Positions 8,109 through 17,155 of a stretch of DNA of 45,298 nucleotides are shown piece by piece. The number at the start of each line of letters is the position of its first letter. Position 1 is the stretch's first letter. Both the position numbers and the translations under genes were made by a program. The notes below the pieces were generated by a model that saw nothing but the letters and a program-made list of their open reading frames with translations, searched no databases and was not told the origin of the DNA. The DNA is from an uncultured Acidobacteriota bacterium (lineage in GTDB: Bacteria; Acidobacteriota; HRBIN11), in NCBI GenBank assembly GCA_964541595.1, contig CAZIRO010000003.1, positions 1 to 45,298 on the forward strand, given 5' to 3'.

Positions 8109-8732
8109 ATGGCCATGGAGCCAATCAATGCACAGGAAGTGGAACAGGCCATTCAGCAGTTACAGAAAGTCATCGAGGATTTCACTGCGGGGCACGAATC
8201 GTTTCGCGCAGCACTCGGTCTGTCGGACGAAGACATCGTGGCACTGACGTTGCTTGCTGGACAATTGGCCGAGCAGGGGCAGCTGGACAATGCGCAAACC
8301 CTTCTCGAAGGGCTGATTGCCATCGAGCCCCAGGAGGGGTACCTGCACACCGCCCTGGGGTGCGTCTATATGCAGAAAGACCTGTCGGATGCGGCACTGT
8401 ATGAGTTCCGCGTGGCGGTCGACTTCAATCCGGACGATATCGTTGCTCATACGTATGCGGGGGAACTCTACCTGGAACGGGGCGATCTGGAAAATGCCCT
8501 GATCCATTTGCAACGCGCCGTCGAACTCGATCCCGACGGGACCAATCCCTACGGCAATCGGGCACGCGCACTCACCCTGCTCGTGGCCACGATCGCCAAA
8601 GAGGTGCAGGAAAAGGGACCGGAGGCGGCAAAAGCCCTTATCCAGGCGGCGCAGCAGGGGACCGCATCCTCCGCGGAATCGGTCTCCGCGCACGAGGCTT
8701 CCGACGAGGAGTCCTCGTCGGAACCGGTATAG
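8109..8732 (+). CDS. TPR protein resembling LcrH/SycD/CesD-type class II type III secretion chaperones, with an acidic C-terminal tail
   Basis: RBS caggagg. Residues of about 35-150 (LGLSDEDIVALTLLAGQLAEQGQLDNAQ…YAGELYLERGDLENALIHLQRAVEL) are collinear, without gaps, with the three-TPR core of LcrH/SycD as I recall it. Confidence 0.6.
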   Translation: MAMEPINAQEVEQAIQQLQKVIEDFTAGHESFRAALGLSDEDIVALTLLAGQLAEQGQLDNAQTLLEGLIAIEPQEGYLHTALGCVYMQKDLSDAALYEFRVAVDFNPDDIVAHTYAGELYLERGDLENALIHLQRAVELDPDGTNPYGNRARALTLLVATIAKEVQEKGPEAAKALIQAAQQGTASSAESVSAHEASDEESSSEPV

Positions 8733-8753
8733 CCCCACACTGTGGTTCGGGAT

Positions 8754-8794
8754 CGGCACTCGGGAGACCCGACACAGGGTTTCCCGGTGTGCCG
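8754..8794. terminator. Hairpin between convergent genes (possible bidirectional terminator)
   Basis: cggcac(t)cggga … tcccg(gt)gtgccg forms a stem of about 11 bp with a bulge. It is followed by cttt only, so the U-tract is weak. Confidence 0.3.
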
Positions 8795-8834
8795 CTTTCG
8801 CCCCCGCACAGGAGGGGATCATCCAGACGTACGG

Positions 8835-10751
8835 TCAACCGACCGTAATCCAACTCGTTAATACGTGTAACAACCAGCCCCACCACCGTCGTTTGGCTCC
8901 CTCCAGTCCCGGCGATGTATGGGCGACCCAGGTATTGTTCACCTGACGAAAATCCAGTGCCAGACGGTTCTGGGGGTCGACTTCCACACGCACAACGCGT
9001 GCCGGCAGATTGGATTTCTCCCAGCGCCACCACCGACGGCGACCGGGCCAGAGATACTGTTCACTGATGCCGTTGGCATAAGTGATCCGGATTTGCACCG
9101 GCCAGACAAAATCACCCCAACGGCGCACACGGACACGGCAGTACCATCGTCCCGGCCGCGGGGCCGTTTCGCGTGTTCGCCGGTTTTTGCCGTAGCCAAA
9201 GACACCCGCCAGAACGCGATCTTCCGTGCACTTCACGCGGTCCACACCGTAGTCCAGCATCTGCGTCGTCGTCAATGCCCGGCGAAGAAACCGCACCGCC
9301 GCATCACCGAGATGCCGCTGCACGTGTGCATAGAAATCCCGGGGATACGGATGACGAAACCGCCACGCCTGAAAATAGGACCGGAACATGTGCAGAACGC
9401 GTTCTGCACCGAACAGCCGTGCGAGGGTCATCAGTGTAAGCATGGTCTTCGTGTACGTATTCGTGCCGTAACTTCCGAAAGAGACAAACGCCCATGCGGG
9501 TTGATCAGCCGGGTCCAGTCCGAACGCGCGCATGGACTGCACGGCGAGATCTTCATGATATCCCCACAGCCCCCATCCCGGAATAAAAATGGCACGAGGC
9601 CCGAATCGATCGTTGATGATGCGATTCTCAAAAAACGTGTTGATCCCCTCATCCAGCCAGGCAGCTTCAAATTCGTTATTGGCCACCATACCGTACCAGT
9701 ACTGGTGGCCGAATTCGTGAATCGCCACGAGTTCGGGCACCCGCAGCCATTCTGGCAGGAAAAACGCATATGCTGTGGTGATCAGTGTGGGATACTCCAT
9801 GCCACCCGCGTTCATTCCGGCGACCGGGGGTTCGACGATCGTGAGTACGGGGTACGGATACTCGCCGATACGTTGCGCCATCCATTCGAGCGCGTACCGA
9901 ACCGCGTCCAGAATACGCTCGGCTACCGGACGGTGACCGGGAGGATAGAGCATGCGGATCCGCACGTGCCGCCACTGATCCGTGATCTCGCGAAAAAACG
10001 GCGCGGCCGTCCACGCAAAGTCATGCACGTCTTCCGCATGAAACTGGTAGATGGTCCACTCCCCTTCCGTACGGTGTGCGACCTGTTCCCCCGTGGCCCC
10101 CACGATATAGTCCGGTGGCACCTGGATCTGTACGTCGTAGACACCAAAATCGGCATAGAACTCACTGGTCGCATGAAACGGATGGCAGTTCCACCCGCGT
10201 TCCTCCAGGACCGCGATTTTGGGAAACCACTGTGCGACCATGAAAAACGATCCGGCAAATCCCGTACGCGCCACGATCCGGGGCAACCGCGTGGTGAACT
10301 CATACTGGATCTGCACTGTCTGTCCCGCACGCACGCCTTCCGGCAGTTCCACCCAGAGGACGGTTCCATCCTGCGCGTAGTGATACGTCAGGGACTGCCC
10401 CTCCGGAAAGCGCATGCCGCGAATCTCGATCCATCCCCATTCCATTTCCTCCGGGGGAATGCGACGGCCGCGGAACATTCCGCGCGATTCGCGCATGAAC
10501 ACTGTGGATTCATTTTTGAATGCATTCATATACATGTGAAAACACAGACGGTGTACCGTACGCCGTGTGGAGTTTTTCCACGTGAGCAACGCCTGCCCCT
10601 CCACGGTGCGCGTATCCGGGTGCAACCGTGCCTGAATGACGTAATTCGCGATACGGGGACTGCGCGGTGGGTCAAACCAGGGTTCCACACCGTGCGCCGG
10701 TATGGCAAGGATCAGCGCGATACCGAATGCGATTCCGGGATACACGCGCAT
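8835..10751 (-). CDS. Secreted M1-family zinc metallopeptidase (aminopeptidase N-like)
   Basis: HEFGHQYWYG followed by WLDEGINTF is the gluzincin HEXXH-x18-E signature. The start was set to ATG 10751 (MRVYPGIAFGIALILAIPAHG, a signal peptide), preceded by gggagg. The longer track ORF would overlap the next gene. Confidence 0.85.
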   Translation of the reverse strand: MRVYPGIAFGIALILAIPAHGVEPWFDPPRSPRIANYVIQARLHPDTRTVEGQALLTWKNSTRRTVHRLCFHMYMNAFKNESTVFMRESRGMFRGRRIPPEEMEWGWIEIRGMRFPEGQSLTYHYAQDGTVLWVELPEGVRAGQTVQIQYEFTTRLPRIVARTGFAGSFFMVAQWFPKIAVLEERGWNCHPFHATSEFYADFGVYDVQIQVPPDYIVGATGEQVAHRTEGEWTIYQFHAEDVHDFAWTAAPFFREITDQWRHVRIRMLYPPGHRPVAERILDAVRYALEWMAQRIGEYPYPVLTIVEPPVAGMNAGGMEYPTLITTAYAFFLPEWLRVPELVAIHEFGHQYWYGMVANNEFEAAWLDEGINTFFENRIINDRFGPRAIFIPGWGLWGYHEDLAVQSMRAFGLDPADQPAWAFVSFGSYGTNTYTKTMLTLMTLARLFGAERVLHMFRSYFQAWRFRHPYPRDFYAHVQRHLGDAAVRFLRRALTTTQMLDYGVDRVKCTEDRVLAGVFGYGKNRRTRETAPRPGRWYCRVRVRRWGDFVWPVQIRITYANGISEQYLWPGRRRWWRWEKSNLPARVVRVEVDPQNRLALDFRQVNNTWVAHTSPGLEGAKRRWWGWLLHVLTSWITVG

Positions 10752-10876
10752 GGACAGCCTCCCGCCTTTGCGATCCGTTCGATTCGTCCGGGCAAATTGA
10801 TGTTCTCCGGTCGATGGACTGCCGGGCGGCATCCGCCGCGGGGGCACGGATGCCGCCAGGTGCACATTCAGTGGGA

Positions 10877-11590
10877 TCATTCCCCGAAGGCCACCGATTC
10901 GCCGGGCTGGATGGCAATGATCTCCAGATCGGGAATGTCTCGCGTGGCCGCACGCAGTGCTTCCGGCGACCCGGTCAGTATCGGAAACGTTCCGTAATGC
11001 ATCGGAATGACTTTTCGCACACCGAGCAACCGGATGGCTTCCGCCGCTTCGGGCGGGCTCATTGTAAACAGTCCCCCGATCGGCAACAGCGCCACGTCCG
11101 GACGGTATAATTTCCCGATGAGCGCCATATCTCCGAACACGTTCGTATCGCCCGCGTGGTAGATACGCACGCCGTTTTCAAACTGCACGACGAATCCGAC
11201 CGGGTCCCCGCCGTAGACGATCTGATCGCCGTCCTGGATGCCGCTGCTGTGGTCGGCGGGGACCATCGTCACACGGATGCCGTCCACATCAACCGTACCG
11301 CCCTTATTCATTCCGGTGACATTGCGAATGCCCTTGGATTCGAGCCATACGGAGATCTCGTAGATGACCACCACCCGCGCCGCGTGCTGGCGCGCAAGGT
11401 CCACCGTATTGCCAAGATGGTCAAAATGGCCGTGCGTCACCAGAATGAGGTCCACTCGATCGAACGACTTGCGGTCGGGCGGACATTTCGGATTGTCCAG
11501 CCAGGGATCAATCAACACGACCTTTCCGGTCGGAGACACGATATGAAACGACGCATGTCCGAGCCATGTCACGGTCACTTTGCCAGCCAT
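10877..11590 (-). CDS. Metallo-beta-lactamase-fold metal-dependent hydrolase (UPF0173-like)
   Basis: WLGHASF…LIDPW…VTHGHFDHLG motif, about 237 aa, RBS ggaggt. Confidence 0.85.
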   Translation of the reverse strand: MAGKVTVTWLGHASFHIVSPTGKVVLIDPWLDNPKCPPDRKSFDRVDLILVTHGHFDHLGNTVDLARQHAARVVVIYEISVWLESKGIRNVTGMNKGGTVDVDGIRVTMVPADHSSGIQDGDQIVYGGDPVGFVVQFENGVRIYHAGDTNVFGDMALIGKLYRPDVALLPIGGLFTMSPPEAAEAIRLLGVRKVIPMHYGTFPILTGSPEALRAATRDIPDLEIIAIQPGESVAFGE

Positions 11591-11666
11591 CGTTGTACCT
11601 CCATCAGCGGTTGCTCTGCATCATGGTAAAACAAACCCGCGCGGAGGGAAAGTCATACACACCCGA

Positions 11667-11861
11667 GATCGGGACAGGCAATGGGACAGGGGATGCGCCG
11701 GATGCGCGGATGGCCCATTCGGCCATGCGATGTCCCCATCCCGGAGATGCCGGTTTCCCTGAGACCTGGGACCTGAGACCCGACACCGGACACCTGAGAC
11801 CGGTGGCCACCGGCATATCGGTGCATCCGGTGCATCCCCTGTCCCACTGCCTGTCCCGATC
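11667..11861 (+). repeat. TIR-bounded intergenic repeat, copy 2
   Basis: It has 30-nt terminal inverted repeats matching 29/30: gatcgggacaggcaatgggacaggggatgc (11667-11696) against the reverse complement of 11832-11861. There is an internal heptamer tract at about 11758-11802 and an internal palindrome, ccggtggccaccgg. Confidence 0.9.
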
Positions 11862-11875
11862 GCGGAGCCACACCA

Positions 11876-11904
11876 TTGACCGCAGCGGGGATTGCGCATA
11901 AAAT
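11876..11904 (+). promoter_or_regulatory. Putative sigma70-type promoter for tRNA(CAU)/tilS (TTGACC-17 nt-TAAAAT)
   Basis: The hexamers and the 17-nt spacer were read directly. The -10 ends 18 nt before tRNA position 1. Confidence 0.55.
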
Positions 11905-11922
11905 AAAGACGACACCCCGGTT

Positions 11923-11998
11923 GGCGGCATAGCTCAACTGGCAGAGCATGCGGCTCATATCCGCAGGGTTGGGGGTTCGAGTCCCTCTGCCGCCACCA
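11923..11998 (+). tRNA. tRNA with anticodon CAT: elongator Met, or Ile2 (the lysidine substrate). Not an initiator.
   Basis: A manual cloverleaf folds cleanly. The acceptor stem is GGCGGCA/TGCCGCC, the anticodon stem TGCGG/CCGCA, the anticodon loop CTCATAT, and the T arm GGGGG-TTCGAGT-CCCTC. The discriminator is A and the CCA end is encoded. A 1-72 G-C pair and the absence of a GGG/CCC anticodon stem argue against an initiator. Confidence 0.9.
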
Positions 11999-12021
11999 TG
12001 CGCGAATGCGCACGGATTTCA

Positions 12022-13410
12022 ATGCGTACGCTGGAAGACCGTCTCTGGCAGCAATTCCTGCGCAATCTTCGACGTTGCCGCATCCGCACCGGTTCACCCG
12101 TTGTGGTTGCCCTGAGCGGGGGACCGGATTCGACCGTACTTGCGTATCTCTTCCACCGCTGGGCGCAACATACCGATACCCCGATCGTTCTTGCGCATTA
12201 CATGCACCCATGGCCGGCGACTGCTGCCTGGGAAGCGACGGTCGCCGAAACGACCGCCCGGAAACTGCAACTCCCGCTGGAAACTGGCCGGGCGCCCCGT
12301 ACGCATCCGGGATCGCGCGTGTCTGAAACCGAACTGCGCCGCATGCGTATGGCGTTTCTCGTGGACGTCGCACATCGGCACCACGCGCAGGCCATTGCCG
12401 TGGGGCATCACCGGGACGATCAGGTGGAAACCGTGCTCCTGCGACTTGCACGGGGTGCAGGGCCTTATGGGCTGCGGGGGATGCAATGGCGTCAACCGTA
12501 TGATTCCACATGGCTGGTGCGCCCCCTGCTCAACGTTCCGGGAAGAGTTTTACGCATGTACGCGCACATGACGGGCATGCACGTGTTCATCGACCCGACA
12601 AATTGGGACGTGCGCATCGACCGTAACTGGATCCGGTACCGATTATTGCCATTACTGGAAGAGCGGTTTCCGCGTATTCGGTCCCACATCTGGCAACTGA
12701 CCCGCTGGCTTCAGCAGGACAACCGCGCACTCGTCTGGATCGTGCGCTCCCATATGGAGCACACCACGGACCGATGGTCCGTACGTGCATGGCGCCGGTT
12801 GCCCGTGGCACTGCGGGTACACTGGATTCGTATGGCGTACCGTCGCGTATGTCCCACCCGTCCGCTCGGGCGGGTGCACATTCGCGCGGCCATGCGACTG
12901 CTCATGCGTGACGGGGGGCACGGACGTCTGTTGCTCCCGGAAGGGGTCGAACTCTGGCGCGACGGTCCGGAATGGGGGTTGCGGTTGCGCGATACCGCAC
13001 CGTCGCCACCCCGACCGTGGACCGTTCCGTGGACCGGTGAAGGGGCTTTCGTGGACGGCAACGGACAGACATGGGTATTCACACGGAAACGGCGCGACCC
13101 CACATGGTCTACAGCGTGGCTGCGGGCCCGGGCGCAGCAGGGAGTGTGGTACCTTGACGCCGACGTTGTGCACCCCCCGGGAACGATCCGTACCTATCGC
13201 CCCGGTGACCGGTTTCAACCCCTCGGGACAGTTCAAACGGTGCGTTTACGGCGATTTTTCATTGCACGAAAATTACCGTATGATATGCGCAGGAGGGTAC
13301 CCATTTTAGAAACGGCACGGGGGATCGCCGCGGTGCTCGGTGTAGCGATCGCCGAGTGGGCCCGGGTGCAACCGCAGACGCAATGGGTTTGGGAGGTACG
13401 CCGTGCATGA
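12022..13410 (+). CDS. tilS: tRNA(Ile)-lysidine synthase
   Basis: The PP-loop motif VALSGGPDSTVL is present, the length is about 460 aa, and tilS-hpt-ftsH is a conserved gene order. The track start at 11998 overlaps the tRNA CCA end, so ATG 12022 is preferred, though uncertain. Confidence 0.85.
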   Translation: MRTLEDRLWQQFLRNLRRCRIRTGSPVVVALSGGPDSTVLAYLFHRWAQHTDTPIVLAHYMHPWPATAAWEATVAETTARKLQLPLETGRAPRTHPGSRVSETELRRMRMAFLVDVAHRHHAQAIAVGHHRDDQVETVLLRLARGAGPYGLRGMQWRQPYDSTWLVRPLLNVPGRVLRMYAHMTGMHVFIDPTNWDVRIDRNWIRYRLLPLLEERFPRIRSHIWQLTRWLQQDNRALVWIVRSHMEHTTDRWSVRAWRRLPVALRVHWIRMAYRRVCPTRPLGRVHIRAAMRLLMRDGGHGRLLLPEGVELWRDGPEWGLRLRDTAPSPPRPWTVPWTGEGAFVDGNGQTWVFTRKRRDPTWSTAWLRARAQQGVWYLDADVVHPPGTIRTYRPGDRFQPLGTVQTVRLRRFFIARKLPYDMRRRVPILETARGIAAVLGVAIAEWARVQPQTQWVWEVRRA

Positions 13411-13936
13411 ATTGAAAGTGTTGTATACTGCGGAACAGATCGAAGAACGGGTGGAACAACTCGCCGACCAGATCCGGCAGGATTACGGGGATCGTCCGCT
13501 GGTCGCTGTGATCGTGCTGAAAGGCGCGATCTTCTTTGCCACCGATCTGCTGCGCAAACTCACCAATCCGATCGAAATCTATTTTGTCGAACTGAAAACA
13601 TATGCGGGTACGGAGACCACCGGTGAAGTCAAGATCCATTACTGGGACGAGGATTTTGACATCGAAGGTCGGGACGTGCTCGTGATCGAAGACATCCTGG
13701 ATACCGGTATCACCCTGGATCTTATCATTCACCGTATCGAACAGCTCGGTGCCCATTCCGTGCGGGTATGCTGCTTGCTGGAAAAACCGGCACGGCGCCG
13801 CGTGGACGTGCAGGCCGATTACGTCGGGTTCATCATCGATGACCAGTTCGTGGTCGGGTACGGACTGGATTACCGGGGCAAGTACCGCAATTTGCCGTAT
13901 ATCGCCGAACTGGTACAAAAACCCGCAGGCGCTTAA
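13403..13936 (+). CDS. hpt: Hypoxanthine-guanine phosphoribosyltransferase
   Basis: The PRPP-binding motif VLVIEDILDTGITL is present, with …GYGLDYRGKYRNLPYI at the C-terminal end. The start is GTG and overlaps the tilS stop by 8 nt. Confidence 0.9.
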   Translation: MHELKVLYTAEQIEERVEQLADQIRQDYGDRPLVAVIVLKGAIFFATDLLRKLTNPIEIYFVELKTYAGTETTGEVKIHYWDEDFDIEGRDVLVIEDILDTGITLDLIIHRIEQLGAHSVRVCCLLEKPARRRVDVQADYVGFIIDDQFVVGYGLDYRGKYRNLPYIAELVQKPAGA

Positions 13937-13967
13937 ATTATGGTGAGTCCGTGAGGGAGGTCATTCG

Positions 13968-15863
13968 GTGAACAACAGCAAGGTCCTCATCTTCTGGATC
14001 AGCCTGTTTGCGATCCTCATCGCGCTGTACATGATGACGCTCGGTACCGGTACCCACGTGAAACGTTTGAAATATTCAGAATTTCTGGATGCTCTGCAGG
14101 AAGGTCAGATCCAGTCCATGATCATCGAAGGCCAGGAGGTTCGGGGGCGGTTGAGTAACGGGGACCCTTACATGGTGGTCGTCCCACCGGCCACGGAAAT
14201 GATGCCCGTCATCGAAATGGCGCGGAAACACCATGTGGTCATCGAGGCCAAAAAACAGGGCCGGTTACCGATCTACACGATCCTCATCAATGCCCTTCCC
14301 TTTCTGCTGATCTTTCTATTGCTCATCGCATTCATGCGGCAGATGCAGAGTGGTTCCAATCGCGCATTGAGTTTCGGGAAATCCCGTGCGCGTCTGCTGC
14401 AACCCAACCAGGGAAAAGTTACATTCGATGACGTGGCCGGCATCGACGAAGTCAAAGAAGAGGTCCGTGAGATCATCGATTTTCTGAAAAATCCTCAGAA
14501 ATTTCGCCGCCTCGGCGGGCGGATTCCCAAGGGCGTCCTGCTTGTTGGACCGCCGGGAACGGGCAAAACGTTGCTCGCGAAGGCGATCGCCGGAGAGGCC
14601 GGCGTACCGTTTCTCTCCATCAGCGGGTCCGATTTCGTGGAAATGTTTGTCGGCGTGGGCGCCGCCCGTGTGCGGGACTTATTCGAACAGGCGCGCAAAC
14701 ATGCGCCGTGCATCGTATTCATTGACGAGATCGACGCTGTGGGTCGACAGCGCGGCGCCGGCATCGGCGGAGGCCATGACGAACGTGAACAGACACTGAA
14801 CCAATTGCTCGTGGAAATGGACGGATTCGACTCATCGGAAGGGATCATCATCTGCGCGGCGACCAACCGGCCGGACATTCTTGACCCGGCGCTCCTGCGT
14901 CCCGGACGGTTCGATCGACGCATCTATGTGCCCCTGCCGGACATCAAAGGCCGCGAAGAGATCCTGCGCATCCACTGTCGAAACAAACCCCTGGCGGACG
15001 ATGTCGATCTGCGCAAGATCGCCCGCGGGACGCCCGGATTTTCCGGGGCGGATCTCGCCAATATGGTCAACGAAGCCGCACTGATCGCCGCACGTCGCAA
15101 CCACGCGAAGATCACCATGCAGGATTTCGAAGACGCAAAAGACAAGGTCATGATGGGACTGGAACGGAAGTCCCTGGTCATGAGTGAGGAAGAAAAACGG
15201 TTGACGGCCTATCACGAAGCCGGGCACGCACTGCTTGCGCATCTGCTCCCGCATGCCGATCCTCTGCATAAGGTCACGATCATTCCGCGCGGTGGCGCGC
15301 TCGGTATCACCATGCAACTGCCCGAGGACGATCGACACAACTACTCCAGGGATTACCTGCTCGATACGATTTGCGTATTCATGGGTGGACGTGCGTCCGA
15401 AGAGATCTTCCTGCACACACTGACAACGGGGTCGGGCAACGATCTGGAAAAGGCGTCCGATATTGCACGGCGCATGGTGTGTTTCTGGGGCATGTCAGAA
15501 CGTGTCGGCCCCATGACGGTCGGGCGCAAACAGGATGAAATCCTGTTCGGTCGCGATTTCATTCGACGCACGGAACACAGTGAACACCTGGCCGAACTCG
15601 TGGACGAAGAAGTGCGCAGAATTCTGCGTGAACAGTATGAGCGGGCAAAACGATTGATCGAAGAACACCGGGATCAGCTGGTGCTGCTGGCAGAAACGCT
15701 TCTGCAGCATGAAACGTTGACCGCGGAAGAAGTTCGGGAACTGCTGGAAACCGGTTCGTTACCGCAACCCAGCCCGGAGACGCCACCGGGAACCACGCCG
15801 AAAGTCCCGCAACCGGAAGTTCCGCCGGGATCGTCCTGGAATCCGGAACCCGTCATGGGCTGA
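13968..15863 (+). CDS. ftsH: ATP-dependent zinc metalloprotease FtsH
   Basis: Walker [14 protein letters not shown], Walker [10 protein letters not shown], the second region of homology (SRH), and the zinc motif HEAGHAL. GTG start preceded by gagggagg. Confidence 0.97.
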   Translation: MNNSKVLIFWISLFAILIALYMMTLGTGTHVKRLKYSEFLDALQEGQIQSMIIEGQEVRGRLSNGDPYMVVVPPATEMMPVIEMARKHHVVIEAKKQGRLPIYTILINALPFLLIFLLLIAFMRQMQSGSNRALSFGKSRARLLQPNQGKVTFDDVAGIDEVKEEVREIIDFLKNPQKFRRLGGRIPKGVLLVGPPGTGKTLLAKAIAGEAGVPFLSISGSDFVEMFVGVGAARVRDLFEQARKHAPCIVFIDEIDAVGRQRGAGIGGGHDEREQTLNQLLVEMDGFDSSEGIIICAATNRPDILDPALLRPGRFDRRIYVPLPDIKGREEILRIHCRNKPLADDVDLRKIARGTPGFSGADLANMVNEAALIAARRNHAKITMQDFEDAKDKVMMGLERKSLVMSEEEKRLTAYHEAGHALLAHLLPHADPLHKVTIIPRGGALGITMQLPEDDRHNYSRDYLLDTICVFMGGRASEEIFLHTLTTGSGNDLEKASDIARRMVCFWGMSERVGPMTVGRKQDEILFGRDFIRRTEHSEHLAELVDEEVRRILREQYERAKRLIEEHRDQLVLLAETLLQHETLTAEEVRELLETGSLPQPSPETPPGTTPKVPQPEVPPGSSWNPEPVMG

Positions 15864-15940
15864 CGTGCGGCATACAACGACGGCGCCCGTAGTCTGCTGC
15901 GGATATCTGTCAGTGTAGATGCAACTGACTTCTGACCATA

Positions 15941-17155
15941 ATGGCGTCTGAGGCACCGGACATGCGTGTGCTGGCCCGCTGGGATCCGTTATCCGGTATG
16001 GTCTGGTGGCAGTTTCGTGTGGACGAATTCCTCTGGCGCAAATGGGTGCAATTGATCCAGCCGTTGACCGCACAGATGGCCGTGGTGATCCCCCCGCCGG
16101 ATCCGGAACACGGGTTTCGCATGGGTGTCGTGGCCGATGCCCACAATACGTTGTTCTCTCTGGTGCACCGGACGATCACGCAGGACGAAGTCGGTCGCAT
16201 GCACCATCAGTATGACGAAATCGAACCCCTGCTGACGGAAATGCGGACACGGTGGGAGAACCTGCAACGTCCGTCGCGCATACTGCGGACGCCCCACGGT
16301 ACGCTCTCGTTAGACCGTTCCCGACCGCTGTGGATGGGTGTGGTGAACGTCACACCGGATTCGTTTTATGCCGACAGCCGCGCGCCCACCGTGGATCAGG
16401 CGGTGCAGCACGCACTGCAACTGTATGCGGAAGGCGCGGACATCATCGATATCGGCGGACAGAGTACCCGACCCGGTTCGGAGGAAGTCTCCCCGGAAGA
16501 GGAATGGAAACGGATTGAACCCGTCCTGCGAACGCTCCGTGCCATGTTGCCGATCCCCATCAGTGTGGACACGTATTACGCGCGTGTGGCCGATCGTGCA
16601 CTGCAACTCGGGGCGGACATCATCAATGACGTGACGGCCGGTACGTACGATCCGGATATGCTCCGGGTTGCGAAGTTCCACGGCGTACCGATCGTGCTCA
16701 TGCATTATTACAAACAGATCCGGCCCATGCCGCGGGACCCGATATATGCGAACGTACTCTGGGACGTTGCGGAATTCCTCATGCGCCGGATCGACGCCGC
16801 ACTCGCCGTCGGGCTGGAACCCGATCAGTTGATCATTGACCCCGGTATCGGGTTCGGTAAACGTCCGGAGCACAACCTGACACTGATCCATCACCTGGGC
16901 TGGTTGCGCAGCCTGGGGATGCCCATCCTTCTCGGACCATCGCGGAAATCGTTTATTCAATACGCACACGAAGGAGGACCAGAAGAGCGCCTGGAAGGCA
17001 CACTGGCGGCCTGTATCTGGGGATGGGTCGCCGGGGCGGATATCCTTCGCGTGCATGACATCTGGCCGATCCGAAAGGGCATGGCCGTCTGGTTGGCCAT
17101 TCAGCATCAACAGTACCCGCCGTCCATGCCATGGAAACGCCGGGGCTGGATATGA
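15941..17155 (+). CDS. folP: Dihydropteroate synthase with an N-terminal extension of about 125 aa of unknown function
   Basis: The canonical core starts at LWMGVVNVTPDSFYADS, with …DIIDIGGQSTRPG… and …DPGIGFGK… further in. The open frame continues 125 codons upstream of the core. Confidence 0.88.
   Translation: MASEAPDMRVLARWDPLSGMVWWQFRVDEFLWRKWVQLIQPLTAQMAVVIPPPDPEHGFRMGVVADAHNTLFSLVHRTITQDEVGRMHHQYDEIEPLLTEMRTRWENLQRPSRILRTPHGTLSLDRSRPLWMGVVNVTPDSFYADSRAPTVDQAVQHALQLYAEGADIIDIGGQSTRPGSEEVSPEEEWKRIEPVLRTLRAMLPIPISVDTYYARVADRALQLGADIINDVTAGTYDPDMLRVAKFHGVPIVLMHYYKQIRPMPRDPIYANVLWDVAEFLMRRIDAALAVGLEPDQLIIDPGIGFGKRPEHNLTLIHHLGWLRSLGMPILLGPSRKSFIQYAHEGGPEERLEGTLAACIWGWVAGADILRVHDIWPIRKGMAVWLAIQHQQYPPSMPWKRRGWI

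Noticed and set aside
8745-8790. ggatcggcactcgggagacccgacacagg, which shares a 12-mer (gagacccgacac) with repeat copy 2
   Set aside because: It is an isolated short match with no TIR. It is better explained as part of the hairpin between the convergent genes.
8919-10997. A 692-aa ORF on the + strand
   Set aside because: It lies exactly antisense to the well-supported M1 peptidase and MBL hydrolase genes. It is Arg/His/Pro-rich with no motifs. This is the typical GC-driven shadow ORF.
11621-12511. A 296-aa ORF on the minus strand
   Set aside because: It runs through the tRNA gene, the repeat copy and the antisense strand of tilS. It cannot be real.
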